From Prorocentrum cordatum (lineage: Eukaryota), in NCBI GenBank assembly GCA_963575745.1, contig CAUYUJ010000208.1:1-64000 (forward strand): a DNA stretch of 64,000 nucleotides, written 5' to 3'. The position numbers were made by a program, and so were the translations under genes. The notes beneath the pieces were generated by a model, which worked only from the letters and a program-made list of their open reading frames with translations, was not told where the DNA came from and did not search any database. Shown in pieces: positions 35,955-48,781 of this stretch. The first letter of the stretch is position 1; each line of letters opens with the position of its first letter.

Positions 35955-38853
35955 GGCCCTAGGGCCAGAACAGTCTGACTGGATCTGTGTTGGACCGGAT
36001 ATTGCCTCTCTCGCCGACTGCGCTTACGTTTCCGCGCACGGCTTCGTGTTTGTCGACCCCCACTTGCTCGCGGTGTCCGCCTTCGTGAGCCTGGGCCACT
36101 TCCAGGCTTGAGGTTGCTGCAGCTTCCGTCGCCTTGCCTCTCCCAATTCCTTACTTGTCGGTGTCATGGTTTCCCAGGGCTTGAGATAAGCTTGTTGGGG
36201 CCTGTCTAGGCCTAGGGTTACCTAGGGCCTAGGCCCTAGGCCTGGGCCTAGGCCCTAGGCCCTACCTAGGCCAGGCCCTCTTGCTTTTCTTATGGTTTAA
36301 CCCAGTTTCGGCTGGCAGCAGTGCAAAATCGCTCGGGAGACACGGCGCGCGTCTACGCCGCTTTCTTATATTAATGTCTCTCTCCTCTTTTAGGCTTTGT
36401 TCTTACCTCCGTTGCCGCTGCCGTTGCTGCTCCTCCTACTTCTCAGGCTGTCTCGTCGTCGGTGCGGGTTTCATCGTCCTCCTCCTCCCCCTCGTGCTCG
36501 CCCTGCCTCCTCTGGCCTCGTCTTTCTCATCCTCCTCCGCAACTCCCCTTTCCTTCTCACCCCGTGCTCATCCGTCTCCTCCTCGCCGTGCTTCTCCTGA
36601 TCCTGCCGCGGCTGTTGCTGCTCCTCTTGCAGGTCCTCCAGCTCCTCTGCCGCATCCCCCGCCTCATGATTAAATGTTATCTGCTATCCTGCCTCCTCCT
36701 CCTCCTCCTCCTCTTCCTCGTCCTCGCCCTTCTCCCGCTGCTGATCCTTCTTCTTATCGCCATCCTCGTCGTCCTCCTCCTCCTCCTCTTCCTCCTCGTC
36801 CTCCTTCTTCTCCTCGTCCTCCTCCTCCACCTCCTCCTCCTCCTCCTCCTCCCCCTCCCCCTCCTCGCCCTTCCTATCCTCGGCCGCCCTTTCGCCGCCT
36901 CCGGACCCCAAGTGCCCCTCCGACCAGCGCGCGGGGCGCTCGCCGGAGACGTTCCTATGGGGCGCCCGCCGGGCCAGCGCGCGAGGCGCTCGCCTGAAGG
37001 CGCAATGAATTTTGTTCGCTCTAGCCTCGCCGCCGGGCACTGCCACGCGGGCCCCCCGAGGATCTCGGAGATGAGAAGGGGGGGGAAAGGGGGTGAAGGA
37101 GGAGCGGGATGAGCGAGGGGTGAAGGAGGAGGGAGGGCGAGGAGGAGAAGAAACAGGAGGATGAGGTCAGGGACCAGCGGCGGTAGCGACAAGTGACTAG
37201 TGACGAGACTAGAGGAATAGTGACTAAAGGCCCGAGTGACTACTAGTGACTAGTACTAGGAGGCTAGAGCTAATGGATAGCGGCTAGAGTGTAGAAGGCG
37301 GCTAGAGGCTAGGGCGATCAGGACAATGGCGATTCTTCGGATCAGAAGGGACCTGGAACAGCCTACGTGCCTGCGTCCTACGACGTGGGTCGTAGGTCTA
37401 AGGTCTTACGTCCTACGACCTAGTAATGCGATGAGGGTAATGGAGGAACGGGAGAAAGAGAGGCAGAGGGGGGGCGGCATGCCGTAAGTAGCGCGAGTAG
37501 CGTGGAGTGTGCAGTGTGTAGCGCGCAGTGGATGCGGCGAGCTACGCGCTATGCCGTAGTTTGAGTAACTAACCCTCAAGTGGGCCTGGCGGCTACAGTT
37601 GCGGGAGGAAGAGGATGAAGAAGAGGGTGGAGGAGGAGGGGGAGGAGACGGAGGAGGAGGAGGATGAGGATAGGGAGGGCGACGACGAGCGCGACGACGA
37701 CGAGCAGAAGGCACGGGGTAATATGGCAGGGGGAGGAGGTGGACGTGCGCGAGGGGCAGGATGAGGAGGAGGAGGAGGAGGAGGAAGATCAGGGAGAGTC
37801 GGCGGAGGAGGAGGAGGAGAGGGATGAGGAACAGGATGAGGAGGAACGAGGCGGGGGGCAACAAGCGCGACGGCCTGCAGCAGGCGATGGCGGTGGAGGA
37901 TGAGAAAGAGTTGTAGGAGCAAAAGGATGAGGGAAACTGGGAAGGAGACGAACGAGGAGGCGGAGGTGGAGGAGGATTAGGGGACGAGGGAGAGGAAGGG
38001 ACAAGAGGAGGAAGGGAGGGGAGCAGAAAGAGAGGGGTGATTCAGGGCGCCCGACTCGTTGCTGGCGGCGCTACTGCCACCGATCCCGCTCCGAGCTCTT
38101 GCCTCTTTGCTCGTCTGCCCTCTCCTCTTCCCCCTTCCTTCTCCCTCGCGCCTTCCCCCCCCCATCGGCGTGGCGCATAGCCGCGGGGCCGCGTGTGCGG
38201 CGTAGCCCTCCTGCTCATTCCCATCCCTTATCCTGTATTATCCTTTATCCCTTGTCCCGCTCCTCCCGCCCCTCCTCTTCCTTGTCATCCTCGGCCTGAT
38301 CCTCGTATCCATTATCTAAGGTCTGAGTCTAAGGCATCTAAGGTCTAAGATTGTTCTCGCCCTTTCTCCTTCTCCTCCTCCTCCTCCTCCTCCTCATCCT
38401 CGCCATTATCCTTCTCCTCGCCCCAGTCCTCGTCGTCGCCTCCTCCTCCCCCTCCTCCTCCTCCTCCTTCTCCTCCTCCCCCTCCCCCTTCTCCTCCATG
38501 TATTAGTGTCTGTGCGCCGAGTTCCTGCGGCAACGTTTGTGAATTGTATAATTTGTGATCGTCGCCTGCGCGTTCGAAAAATGAGAGGACCGTTGATCGC
38601 GATGCCCCCCCGCGCTCCTCCTCGGCGCCCTGCGCACTTGGATGTCAGGCGGCGCCGAGGGGGTCACAGCAGAGGGCATTGGGGGTTATTTCCTCTGGAG
38701 GTCTGGAATTTACGATTTTAGATCCAAGTGGGGGCCGGGGTCGAACGTCGACCCTGGGATCTCTCCAGGGGTGCGTTTGGGCCTGCGGACCAGAATTTCA
38801 AGGGGGGTCCAGCCTCGGCGAAGAGGGGCCCACAGGAGGCACAGAAAACACGA

Positions 38854-39474
38854 ACACACACACACACACACACACGCACACACACAAACACACAAACACA
38901 CACACACACACGCACACACACACACACCCACACACACACCCACACACACACCCACCCACACACCCACACACCCACACACCCACACACCCACACACCCACA
39001 CACCCACACACCCACACACCCACACACCCACACACCCACACACCCACACACCCACACACCCACACACCACACACACCCACACACCCACACACCCACACAC
39101 ACCACACACCCACACACCCACACCCACACCCACACCCACACCCACACGCACCCACACCCACACACACACGCACACGCACACGCACACGCACACGCACACG
39201 CACACGCACACGCACACGCACACGCACACGCACACGCACACGCACACGCACACGCACACGCACACGCACACGCACACGCACACGCACACGCACACGCACA
39301 CGCACACGCACACGCACACGCACACGCACACGCACACGCACACGCACACACTCACACGCACACACGCACACGCACACGCACACGCACACGCACACGCACA
39401 CGCACACGCACACGCACACGCACACGCACACGCACACACACGCACACGCACACGCACACACACGCACACACGCA
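38854..39474. repeat. Compound (CA)n/(CACACACC)n/(CACACG)n microsatellite
   Basis: Directly visible. Confidence 0.95.
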
Positions 39475-39929
39475 TCAGGCAACCTCGAGATGGTCCAAGT
39501 GGCGATTCTCCTACCTCCTAGGACCTAATTCCTAGTTCCCATAGTTCTTAGTGTCCTAGTGTCCTAGTTGTGGGCTTAGCTACCTACACTGTAGGTCGAC
39601 AGGCAGCTAGAGGCGACCCCCCTCGCAGTGACCTTCCCTTTGGCGGCGTTGCTAAGGCCTGCGGCCCTTGTCCATCCGCCACAACCCGCGATGCATGTGA
39701 GGGGCGTGCTGACATGGGTCTTGTATGCTCGGTTGAATGGAGGGGGGCGGATGATCGTGGCCCCTGTTTTATTTGGAACCCCCGTCTGCGTCGGCGGATC
39801 TCCCCCTCGCGGCTGGGAATGCTTGCCGCGGCAGGTGGGGGCGCGGTGGGGGTCGTGATAGTCCGCCCCGCCCCTTCACCGAATTCTTTTTGTAGGATAG
39901 GGTGTACAGTGTAGGGTGTAGGGTGTAGA

Positions 39930-40320
39930 GCTTCCGCCCCCTCCGCCTTCGACCCCGCGCGGCGACTCCGCGATGCCGCGACCGCCGCGACATCTTTGCA
40001 GGACTTTCGCCCCCTCCGCCTTCGCCCCCGCGACGCCGCTTCGACATGTTTGCGGGGCTAGGGCCAGGGCTAGCGGCTGAGCCCTAGCCGCTAGGGCCAG
40101 GGCCAGGGGCTAGGGCCCAGCGGCTAGGGCTACGGCTTTCGCCCCCTCCGCCTTCGCCCCCGCGCAGCGACGCCACGAAGCCGCGACTGCGCGACATATT
40201 TGTGGAGTTTTCGCCCCCTGCGCCTTCGCGCCCGAGCATCGACGTTGCGAAGCCGCGAGAATTCGACATATTTGTAAAGTTTTCGCCCCCGCGACGCCGC
40301 GACGCCGCGGCCCGCGCGAA
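39930..40320. repeat. Degenerate ~70-80 bp repeats (tttcgccccc..gccttcgccccc / cgacat(a)tttg) next to an AT-rich tract at 40330-40625
   Basis: cgacat.tttg at ~39988, 40042, 40192 and 40264. Confidence 0.65.
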
Positions 40321-40664
40321 TCTCGCGCCAGTGATATAGCAGCCAACAACATGCTCAACAATTGCCCGAAGCTCATTTGGGAATGCAGAATATCTGCCAT
40401 AGTTCGCGCGATAGGCATTTTGATATGAAAAAAATACAGACATTTCAAGTTGATACGACAAAACCATGGACATTTCAATTCAATAGGACTCGCCTACTCA
40501 GGTTTTTACCCAACAGGATCTGTACCACCATAGATCTCGCACTGGTAGAATCAGCAACATACACTTTTTGGTAGAAATATATTCACCTGGTAGTTGATGT
40601 TTATTGAGAAGATGCCTACTTAACCTTACAGGCAAGCCCACCGCCACGGGCTGCACGCGCGCCC

Positions 40665-42120
40665 ATGGCGTCCGCAGACACTGTCCGGTTTGCCACGGAG
40701 ATGAGCAGTCTGTGCATGGCGCTGTCACCCACCGCAGCCGACGCCGCATCGCCATGCCCCCTCGGGCATGTCGGCTCCCCTGAGGCGCCGACGGGCATGC
40801 GTGCCCCAGGTGGCTCTGCGCCTGATGAGCGCGTGCCTGCAGCGCCTGTTGGCGGCGCATCTGCCGAGCAGCCCGGCAGCTTTTGCGCGGCTGCCGACCC
40901 AGCCGAGAGAGCCGATGCTTGCGGCGCTCACGCTGGCAGCCCTGGCGCCGCGGAGGACGCCCCAGCCCAGCCAGTGCCGGAGGCGGCGTCGCATCCGCCC
41001 ATTGGCGTGGAAATTTCGGCAACCGCGCCCCGCGCGAGCGCGGCACTGCCGCCGACAGACCTGCTTGCCACCGACGGCGGCGCAGCGCAGGCGGCGGCTT
41101 GCGTCAGCACCCGCCCTGCCGACGCTGCTCCTCAAGCGCCGCCTCCGCCAGCGTCATCCTTGGACAGCGCGCTTGAGGAGTCGATGACGGACTTACTTGA
41201 TGAAGATGGCGTCGCAGATGCCGCAGCTGATCCCCGCGCTCGACCTCGCACTCTCGACGCCCCCCCTGCCGCCGCTCGCAGCGAGTTCCTGTCCACGGAC
41301 CCCGCCGCGGCGGCCGCGCAGGAGCACGCGAGCTTCGACGTCGCAGTCTTTGGGGCAGCTGCCGCTCGGGAGCTCGCCTGCGGGGACGCCCAGCGGCGAG
41401 CTGCGGTCGCCGAGTTGACTGATGACGTGGACATCCCTGCGACGCAGGGGCCGCCACCCACCCCGCCGCGCGCTATGCCGCCTCCGCCGCCCGGGGGCCC
41501 CCCAGCTCAGCTGCCCGCGAAGCGGATGACATTGGGCTATAAGACCCCAGCCAGGCTCGCGAAGTCGGCGCGCTTCGAGCCGACGCTGGGGTGTGTACCC
41601 GAATCGCCTGGCTCACTCAGCAGGGCTTCCTCTGTGCCACTGACGTATTCGCCGCCAGTGCTGACCCCGCCCCACGTGCCGGCGTCGGCTGCCGGGGCGA
41701 GTTCGGGCGCGCCGGACACGACGGCGCCCAGCGCGGCTCTGGTGCAGTTCGCAGACCTGAATGCACCGCAGCCGCCAGCGCCCTCGCCGGAGCTGACGCC
41801 CGAGTCGACGGTCCTGATACCGCGCGAGGCGTCGCCTTGCCCTGCCGCTGCCGCGCCCCCCATGTCTGCCACGCCGCCGCGTCTCTCGTTGGAAACCACT
41901 CCTTCGTGGTTCGGCCCCTGGGTCCGCGTGGGGCGTGGTCTCGGCCCTCGCCCTCCCCCCTCGCACCTCCCGGCAGTCGCCGCCGCTTGCCGCTGCCCCC
42001 CCCCGCCGCCTCAGCCAGGCTGACCTGGACGTCAAGGCGGTCGGCGAGCTCCTGGACGGCCTCTTTCAGGCCCTCCCCGACGCGAGCTCCGACAGCGACG
42101 ACGAGGCCAGCGGTCTCGCA
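40665..42120 (+). CDS. Putative Ala/Pro-rich gene of unknown function (long exon plus short acidic exon)
   Basis: 452-aa ORF in gcccATGg context. Candidate GT donor after TTPSW (~41909) and CAG acceptor before ADLDVKAVGELLDGLF (~42019). Confidence 0.45.
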
Positions 42121-42149
42121 TTGAATTGTTGGGCGGGGGGGCCGCCGAA

Positions 42150-42412
42150 ATTCGGCCGCGCGAGCATTATTCGTGGCAAATTTTTTAGGATTCCCGAAAA
42201 TTAGCCGCACGAGAAGGTTCTCGCACGGCGCCGCCCCGAAAATTACAAGAAATTCGCTCCCGAAAATTATGAGAAATTGCGATCCTCGTGAGGGGTGCGC
42301 TCGCACGAGTAATTCGCATTTCCCGTAAATTAATTTTCGGGGCGGAGGCGTGCGAGAAAAACTGCCTTCTACTCGCACGGGCAATTTCCCGTAAATTACA
42401 AGAAATTGCTTG
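42150..42412. repeat. AT-rich motif cluster (cccgaaaatta x3, cccgtaaatta x2, ctcgcacg x3, aaattacaagaaatt x2)
   Basis: Repeated 8-15-mers visible in GC-rich surroundings. Confidence 0.7.
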
Positions 42413-43045
42413 TGCGAGCATTCAGCCGCAGCCTGCCCCCCCCCCCCGAAATTGCCGCCGCCGCTTGCTCCCACCGCGCGCCTGCGAGGCCGCGGAGGTC
42501 GAGATGGACGGGCTGACGGCGGACGAGGCCGGTGCCCGCTGGGGCGCGGCGCCAGAGGGGTGTGGCAGCGGTGGCAGCCCTCTTGCCTTCCTGCCCCACC
42601 TCCACCTTTCGCCCTCCTGCTCCTCGCCTCCACTTCCGCCCTCCTCCCTCTCGCCCTCCTCGCCCTCTCTGCTGCCCCTCTCCCTCCCCCCTCTCGCCCT
42701 CCTGCTCCACCCGCCCTCGCCCGCCTCCCTCGCCCCCACCTCCATCCGCCGATTCCTGTCCTCGCCCATGGCCCGTCAGCGGCGGTCGACGGCGGCGGCG
42801 GCGGCGGCGCAGGGAGGGAGGGCGTAGGTGGCTGGCTGGCGGCGGTTGCGATGGCGGTGCCATGGGCGCTGCGGGGCAGCGACGTCGGCGGCGGCGTCGG
42901 CGGCGTCTGTGGCCCCTGGGCTTCCTTCTGCATCAGTGGGCCCCGTAGGGCCCGAGTGGGCCTGCGCCGCCGACGCTGTCGAGGGCCCCTTGCTCAGCGC
43001 TCGTTCGTGCGATCCCCACCTCCACGCCTCCAGCCGTGCGCAGCC

Positions 43046-43980
43046 ATGTCGGCGCCGCGGGGCCCTTTGGCGCCGCCATCGGATGACACCGCTGCGAGCA
43101 TCGTGGACTACCCCTACCCTGGCGGGGGCACCGACCCGTGGGTACCCACCGATGCGCTCCACCGTGGCCCTCTCTCTCCAGTGGACCCTGACTCCACGGA
43201 CCCCCCCACGTCCAGTTCGGGTGAGGTCCCGCTGCCGCCGACGCATGAGCCGCCCCCAGGGCTGGCCGTGATGGTGCCACCACCGCCGCCAAAGGAGCCG
43301 CCAGAGCCGCTCGCCAAAGGCCCGCCAGCGCACGCGCAGTGGGTGCCGGTCCACGAGGGCAATACCGTGGTCATGGTGCCCGCCAAGCCGCCATCACCGC
43401 GGGCGACATCGCCCGTGCAGACGCCCGAGCCCATCCCCATGCTCGACGGCGTGCCGGCGAAGCCAGCCCCGCGGCCCGCGCCAGCCAAGCCGCTCCCGAA
43501 GTCCAGCGGGGTGCCTGCCAGCATATGGTTGGGGGCCACGCCCAAGCGCAAGGCGCACCCCCCTGCCCTTCGCGAGCGCCGCAGCGCGCCTGGCACCCGC
43601 TGGCGCTTCCAGCTCGAGCTCGGGCTACGCCAAGCCGCCCCCGAAGACCAGCGGGGTGCCTGCCAGCATATGGCTGGGGGCCACGCCCAAGCGCAAGGCG
43701 CCCCCCCTGCCCTTCGCGAGCGCCGCAGCGCGCCTGGCCCCCGCCGGCGCCTCCAGCTCGAGCTCGGGCTACGCCGAGCCGCCGCCCATTATGTTTCAGG
43801 CCGAGCGGCCCGCGCGTGAGCGCGCCCTGGCAGCCCGGACGCGCCTCCAGAGCGTCCCGGGGGACAGGTCAGCGGCCCCGCCCCCGCCAGCAGAGGAGGC
43901 GTCACCGGAGGGGCCCAGCGACGTGCCCACGCCGACGCCTGCCCCGGCCGAGCCGCAGTGGCAGCCCGCGCCCAAGGCTA
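43046..43980 (+). CDS. Pro-rich exon with an internal 48-codon tandem duplication and a 1-nt frameshift
   Basis: MSAPRGPLAPP... GVPASIWLGATPKRKA is encoded at ~43509 and ~43654 (spacing 145 nt); the first copy has one extra base beside a C run. Confidence 0.5.
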
Positions 43981-43986
43981 CCCGCG

Positions 43987-44375
43987 GTCGTCGTCGTCGT
44001 CGTCGTCGTCGTCCTCCTCCTCCTCCTCCTCCTCCTCCTCCTCTTCCTCCTCCTCCTCCTCCTCATCCTCCTCCTCCGCCTCCCCCCACCCCCCCTCCTC
44101 CTCCTCCTCCGCCTCCTCCTCCGCCTCCTCCTCCTCCTCCTCCTCCGCCTCCTCCTCCTCTTCCTCCTCCTCCTCCCCCTCCTCCTCCTCCCCTCCTCCC
44201 CTCCTCCTCCTCCTCCTCCTCCTGCTACTCCTCCTCCTCCTCATCATCCTCTTCCTCCTCCTCCTCCGCCTCGCCTCTTCCTCCTCCTCGTCTCCCACCC
44301 CCTTTTCCCGCCTCCTCCCCCTTCCTCCCGCTTCGCCCCCCTCCTCCCCCTTCCCCTCCCCCCCGCCCTCCCCCT
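43987..44375. repeat. (GTC)n/(CCT)n low-complexity tract
   Basis: Directly visible. Confidence 0.9.
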
Positions 44376-45461
44376 CCGCAAACTCCAAAAACCGCCGTTG
44401 CGCACTGAGGCCTGCGCAGGGTCAGATACCCGGTAGTGCGCGAGAGCTGTTCGCCACTCCTCCCGTTGCTCTCCTTCCCCTCGCCCTCCCTCTCCCCTAC
44501 CTCCCCTTCCACCCCTCCCCCACCTCCTCCTTCTCCTCCTCGCCCTCCACCCTCGCCGGCGCGCGGCGCGCCGGCCAGGTGACGTCCACGGCGGACGTGC
44601 CGCCGAAGATGCCGCCGCCGTACCCGGCCCTGGTGTCTTCCTGCTTTGCTGCCTGCTGCTGACGTCGGGAGCGGAACAGAGGGGGGCGATGACTACGGGG
44701 GGGGGTGGATTTCCTGGCGCGGGCCATAATCTTCCCTCGGATTTCATGGCGCCTCTTTCATTACGTCCCAGGCCCCCCCGCTGGGCCGCGCACATGCCGC
44801 TGGTCACGATTCGCACCCCCCCCCCCTCTTGGACACCCCCCTCTTGGCCGCTCCCGATGACGCCCCCCCCCCCCTTCCCCCCCCCCTCCTCCTCTTCAGC
44901 CCTTCCCCTTCCCTCCACCTCCCCTCCTCAGCCCCTCCCCCCCCCTCCGCCCTACCCCCCCCTTCTCCTCGCCTGCCTCAGCCCTCAGTGCGAGTTCCGA
45001 ATTCCTCTTGGGAGTCTGAGGGTGCAAGCCGATGGGGCTGTGAACGATCGAGGCGAGGAGAGGTGGGGAGCGGGGGGGGTGGCCTGATGCCATATCTCGC
45101 TGGATGCATCGTCGAATGTCTCGAGCCCCCCCCCCCCAGGTTCCTGGCGGGGTGGGGCCATCTCCAGCATCCCCCCCGCCTGCTCCTTTGTTTTTCTTCT
45201 CCTGCTCCAGGCCCCATCCCCCTCGCCCCCTCGCCCTCTCCTCTTCCTCTCAACGGTGCAGCACATCCATCGCAACGCATTGTCTTCGGTCGAGCATGTG
45301 CACGGCAGCAACTGGGCGCACTTGGTGTTTCTCACACACGCGCAGTTCTTGGCTCGTCGGGGCACGCTGTCTCCACCGCCCGCCCCATCGGTCAGGCCCG
45401 AGTCGACCGCGGGGAGGGCGGCGCCCATGCCCGGTGCTGGACAGGCGGCGCCGCCGTCACG

Positions 45462-45641
45462 ATGGATTCAGCGGGCTTGACTGATGCTTGGGGGAGTGGA
45501 GATAGCGTGTCTATCGAGGCCGGCTGGGTGACTTTCTACACTGACGACTTCCGCAGTGTGTATTTTCACATCCTGTCGTCGGGCGAAACGAGTTGGTGCC
45601 CGCCCGACCCCGACGATGACGCGGGCACGGGTGGCTCGTGA
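45462..45641 (+). CDS. WW-domain-encoding terminal exon or mini-ORF
   Basis: AGWVTFYTDDFRSVYFHILSSGETSWCPP fits the WW consensus GW-x(9-10)-aromatic pair-x6-T-x-W-x-PP. Confidence 0.7.
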   Translation: MDSAGLTDAWGSGDSVSIEAGWVTFYTDDFRSVYFHILSSGETSWCPPDPDDDAGTGGS

Positions 45642-45932
45642 GCGGCGCGAACCAGATGTTCCTTCTGGCCTCGTCTTGTCCCCTCCTCATTTCGCCTGCT
45701 TCTTCGCCAGCCCTGTTCTCCTGCTTTCCTCCATCCTTCGCTGCAGCACCGCTAGCTGCTCCCGCGCCGCCCCCCCTCGCGGGGCGTGTTCCCGAATACG
45801 AACCCTGGTAGCCGTGAGTAGCGCGGCCCCGTCGACGCCACTCCAGGAGCGCATTAGCTTTGCGCCTCCTGTGTCCGCCTTCCGATTCACCCATCCATCT
45901 TGCGCTACGCTCCCCATCCATCTTGTGTCGCG

Positions 45933-46132
45933 CTCCCCTTCCACTCCGCTCTGCGCTCCGCTTCCCGCGCGCCGAATTTCCGAATTACACTTGAGCGAGG
46001 TGTTCCAGGTGCATGCGCTGAATCGCCCCGCGCCGCCTCGTCTGAAGAGATAGACGCGATTGCCCGCCAGCGGCCATGGTGGAAAAAACGCCGTGCAGGG
46101 GAAGTGGAGCGCAGAGCAGAGTGGAAGGGGAG
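45933..46132. repeat. 34-bp inverted repeat pair (45933-45966 and 46099-46132) with 2 mismatches
   Basis: ctccccttccactccgctctgcgctccgcttccc versus gggaagtggagcgcagagcagagtggaaggggag. Confidence 0.85.
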
Positions 46133-46682
46133 TTTGCAGCATGCCGCATGTGAGCTTCCAGATGCATGGGCTGTGATGTTGCAGCAGTGCCATTGGTCAC
46201 AGTGTCGGGTGTCCGTTGTATTGATGCGCAAATCGAGCCGCGCGCGCAGGGCCTCGACCCCGCCTGCTGCCGCCGTCGGTGGGAGCGGCGCGGCGCGAGG
46301 CTGCCCCCCGCGGGCGGCTGCGACGGGCCCAGGCCCGACGCACCGCCGCTTGGGCGGCCTCGCGCCACGCCTGCGCGCAGCAGACAGGGCGGAAGGGTGG
46401 GAGAAATAACGCGCGCCAGGGAGGCACCCGCCGCGCGCGCGCGCGGGGCGCGCGCGCGGCGCCTCCTCCAAATGCAAATCGCCTGCGAAGCGCACGCGCC
46501 GCGGGGGCAGCGACCCCCCCCCGCGGCGACGCAACCCCGGCGCTAGCAAATCACCTGCGAAGCGCACGCGCCGCGGGGCAGCGACCCCCCCCCCCGCGAC
46601 GCGCAACCCTGGCGCGCGACGGCGCGATGGCCCGCGCCTGCGCAGCGAGGCCGCGGTCGCGTCGCACTGCCGCGCGCGCGAC

Positions 46683-48588
46683 CTACGCGCAACCGTGGCC
46701 GATTTGTGCCCGCCCACAACGGTGAACGTCCGCGTCTGCGAGCGGAAAAACCGAGCCGCGCGTGCAGGGCCTCGACCCCGCCTGCTGCCGCCGTCGGTGG
46801 GAGCGGCGCGGCGCGAGGCTGCCCCCCGCGGGCGGCTGCGACGGGCCCGGGCCCGACGCACCGCCGCTTGGGCGGCCTCGCGCCACGCCTGCGTGCAGAC
46901 CCAATGCCGCGCGGCACGCAGGCGACACGGGCCGGCAACGCGCGTCCACCCGCTGCCGAACGCGCGGGGGCAGAGCACGGGCGCCGTCGCGCGCGCCCGC
47001 CCACGCACAGAAGCGAAACGTGGCGGCGCTGGCCGCCGGCGCCCAGCAGGCACCCTTGTCCGAATCCGACTCCAGCATGTGCGCCTGGCGCGAGCAGCGC
47101 GCCGCGGCGCGGGCGGAGGGCGCGTGGCCCCGCCTCCACGACCGCGTCCCTTTCCAGATCGTCACGGTCGAGATACGCCATGAAAGCGCAGGACCGCCAC
47201 TCCCCGGCCGCGAGAATCTCGGCCAGCGTCGCGCCAGCCTCCTGCAGGTCCTTGGCGTGGCCCCTGCGGAGGTCATGCAACCGAAACAGGCTCGCTCCCT
47301 GGACACCGAGGGCAGCGAGCATCTCGCGCAGGGTCGGCAGCGCAGCGGCCGCCGAGATGCCTCCGAAGAGCCCGCGGCCCAGCCCGCAACGCGCCACCCA
47401 GGGGCCCAGGGTGTGCACGGGGCACGTGGCGCGGCACGATGAGCACCAGCACTTCCGCGACAGGCGACTGCCCTGCGGCCGGTTCTTCCGCCGCCGCAGC
47501 AGCAGCGTGAGCTCCGATTTGCCCAGCACTAGCGCCGCTTGAAAGGGCGGCGCGTCGCCGGCGTCGGCCACGCGCACGGCCGGCAACGCCTCGCTGGGAA
47601 CACGCAACAAGAACGTGTAGGCGAAAAGGAAATGCATCGACGCGCGGAGCCACTCGGGGCGGCGCGCGCCCAACTCGACCAGCGCGGCGACCGCGCTCTT
47701 ACGGATGAACAAGCGCGGGCGCGGAGTCCAATCGGCCCGCGCCCGGACGGCGGCGCGCGCACGCCTGACCTCGGGGCGGTCGAACACGGCGACGCAGACC
47801 CCAGTCAGGAGGCAGCCGACCTTAACGTAGCTGCAGTAATTTGCGTACGTCTCCCCGCAGCGAAAGGGCGCTCCAGGCGACCAGGTCCGCGCAGGCTGGC
47901 GGGAGCTGCATGCACGGGTATTTCAACATTCTGATGCAGTAGGCCTCCCAGCATTTGAGGCCGCTTCTCACGCTTGGGAGCGACCGTGCGCATGGTTGCA
48001 GCATAGCGCGAACGCGTTCCTCCTCCCGCCAGCGGGCCGCGTCCGCCGGACTGCGGAGGCGAGCAGCGGCCTCGGCGAGCGCCGCCCGGGGCCCGCGCGT
48101 TATTGGCAGCGCGACCGGCGCGCCCAGCTGGTCGAGGACGCTCGGGACGGGCGCCTCGCGAGCCACGGCGCGCGGGCATGCGCGAGCGCGCGGGGCCGAT
48201 GACGCGCGTGACCCCGGGGCGCTCGGCGCCGCGCGTCTCGCCGGCGACCGGCTGCGGGCGGGCGCGCGCCGTCCAACTGCCGAGCCCACGGCGACGGGCG
48301 CGCCTGCGAGGCGCACGCGCGGCGGGGGGGGGTGGGGGGCGCGCGCGCCAAAAACCTTCGCGCAGCCGAGCCTCGGCGCGCAGCAATCTTCGCGGCTCTG
48401 AATAATTCGTGCAGGACTTCGACATTGGCCTGCGCGGTGACCGGCCAACCTTCCAGGTCTGCGGCGTCTGCACTGGCGAGCTCGCAGGCTCGTGCGAAGC
48501 CGTTCTCAGCCAGGAAATCAGCAGCCCAGGCGACGGCCGTCCTGGGCGCTTTCGGGCGCAAGGAACACAATTCAAGGAATAGCGACAT
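46683..48588 (-). pseudogene. Element 2 tyrosine recombinase, intron-containing, with an apparent 2-nt frameshift at ~47864; C-terminal end uncertain
   Basis: LLRVPSE, RRKNRP, CWCSSCRATCPVH, LHDLRRG and AGEWRSCAFMAYL. WSAL and FRCGETYANY lie in different frames. GC-AG intron 47085-47133 gives DAVVE|AHMLESDSD; further intron(s) probable at ~48170-48355. Confidence 0.85.
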
Positions 48589-48781
48589 GATGCCGCGCGG
48601 CACGCCTGACAATGCGAGCGACGCGCCTGAGGCACTGGCCGCGTGCACTCCGCTTGCGACAAAACGCGGGGCCCTAGGATGACAAGCGCGGCGGCGCGCC
48701 GAACGCTTTGCCGCGCCCAAACTTAAGTATCGCGACGCCCCGACGCACAAGATGGCACCCGGGCGCGACATGGCGCGCGGT

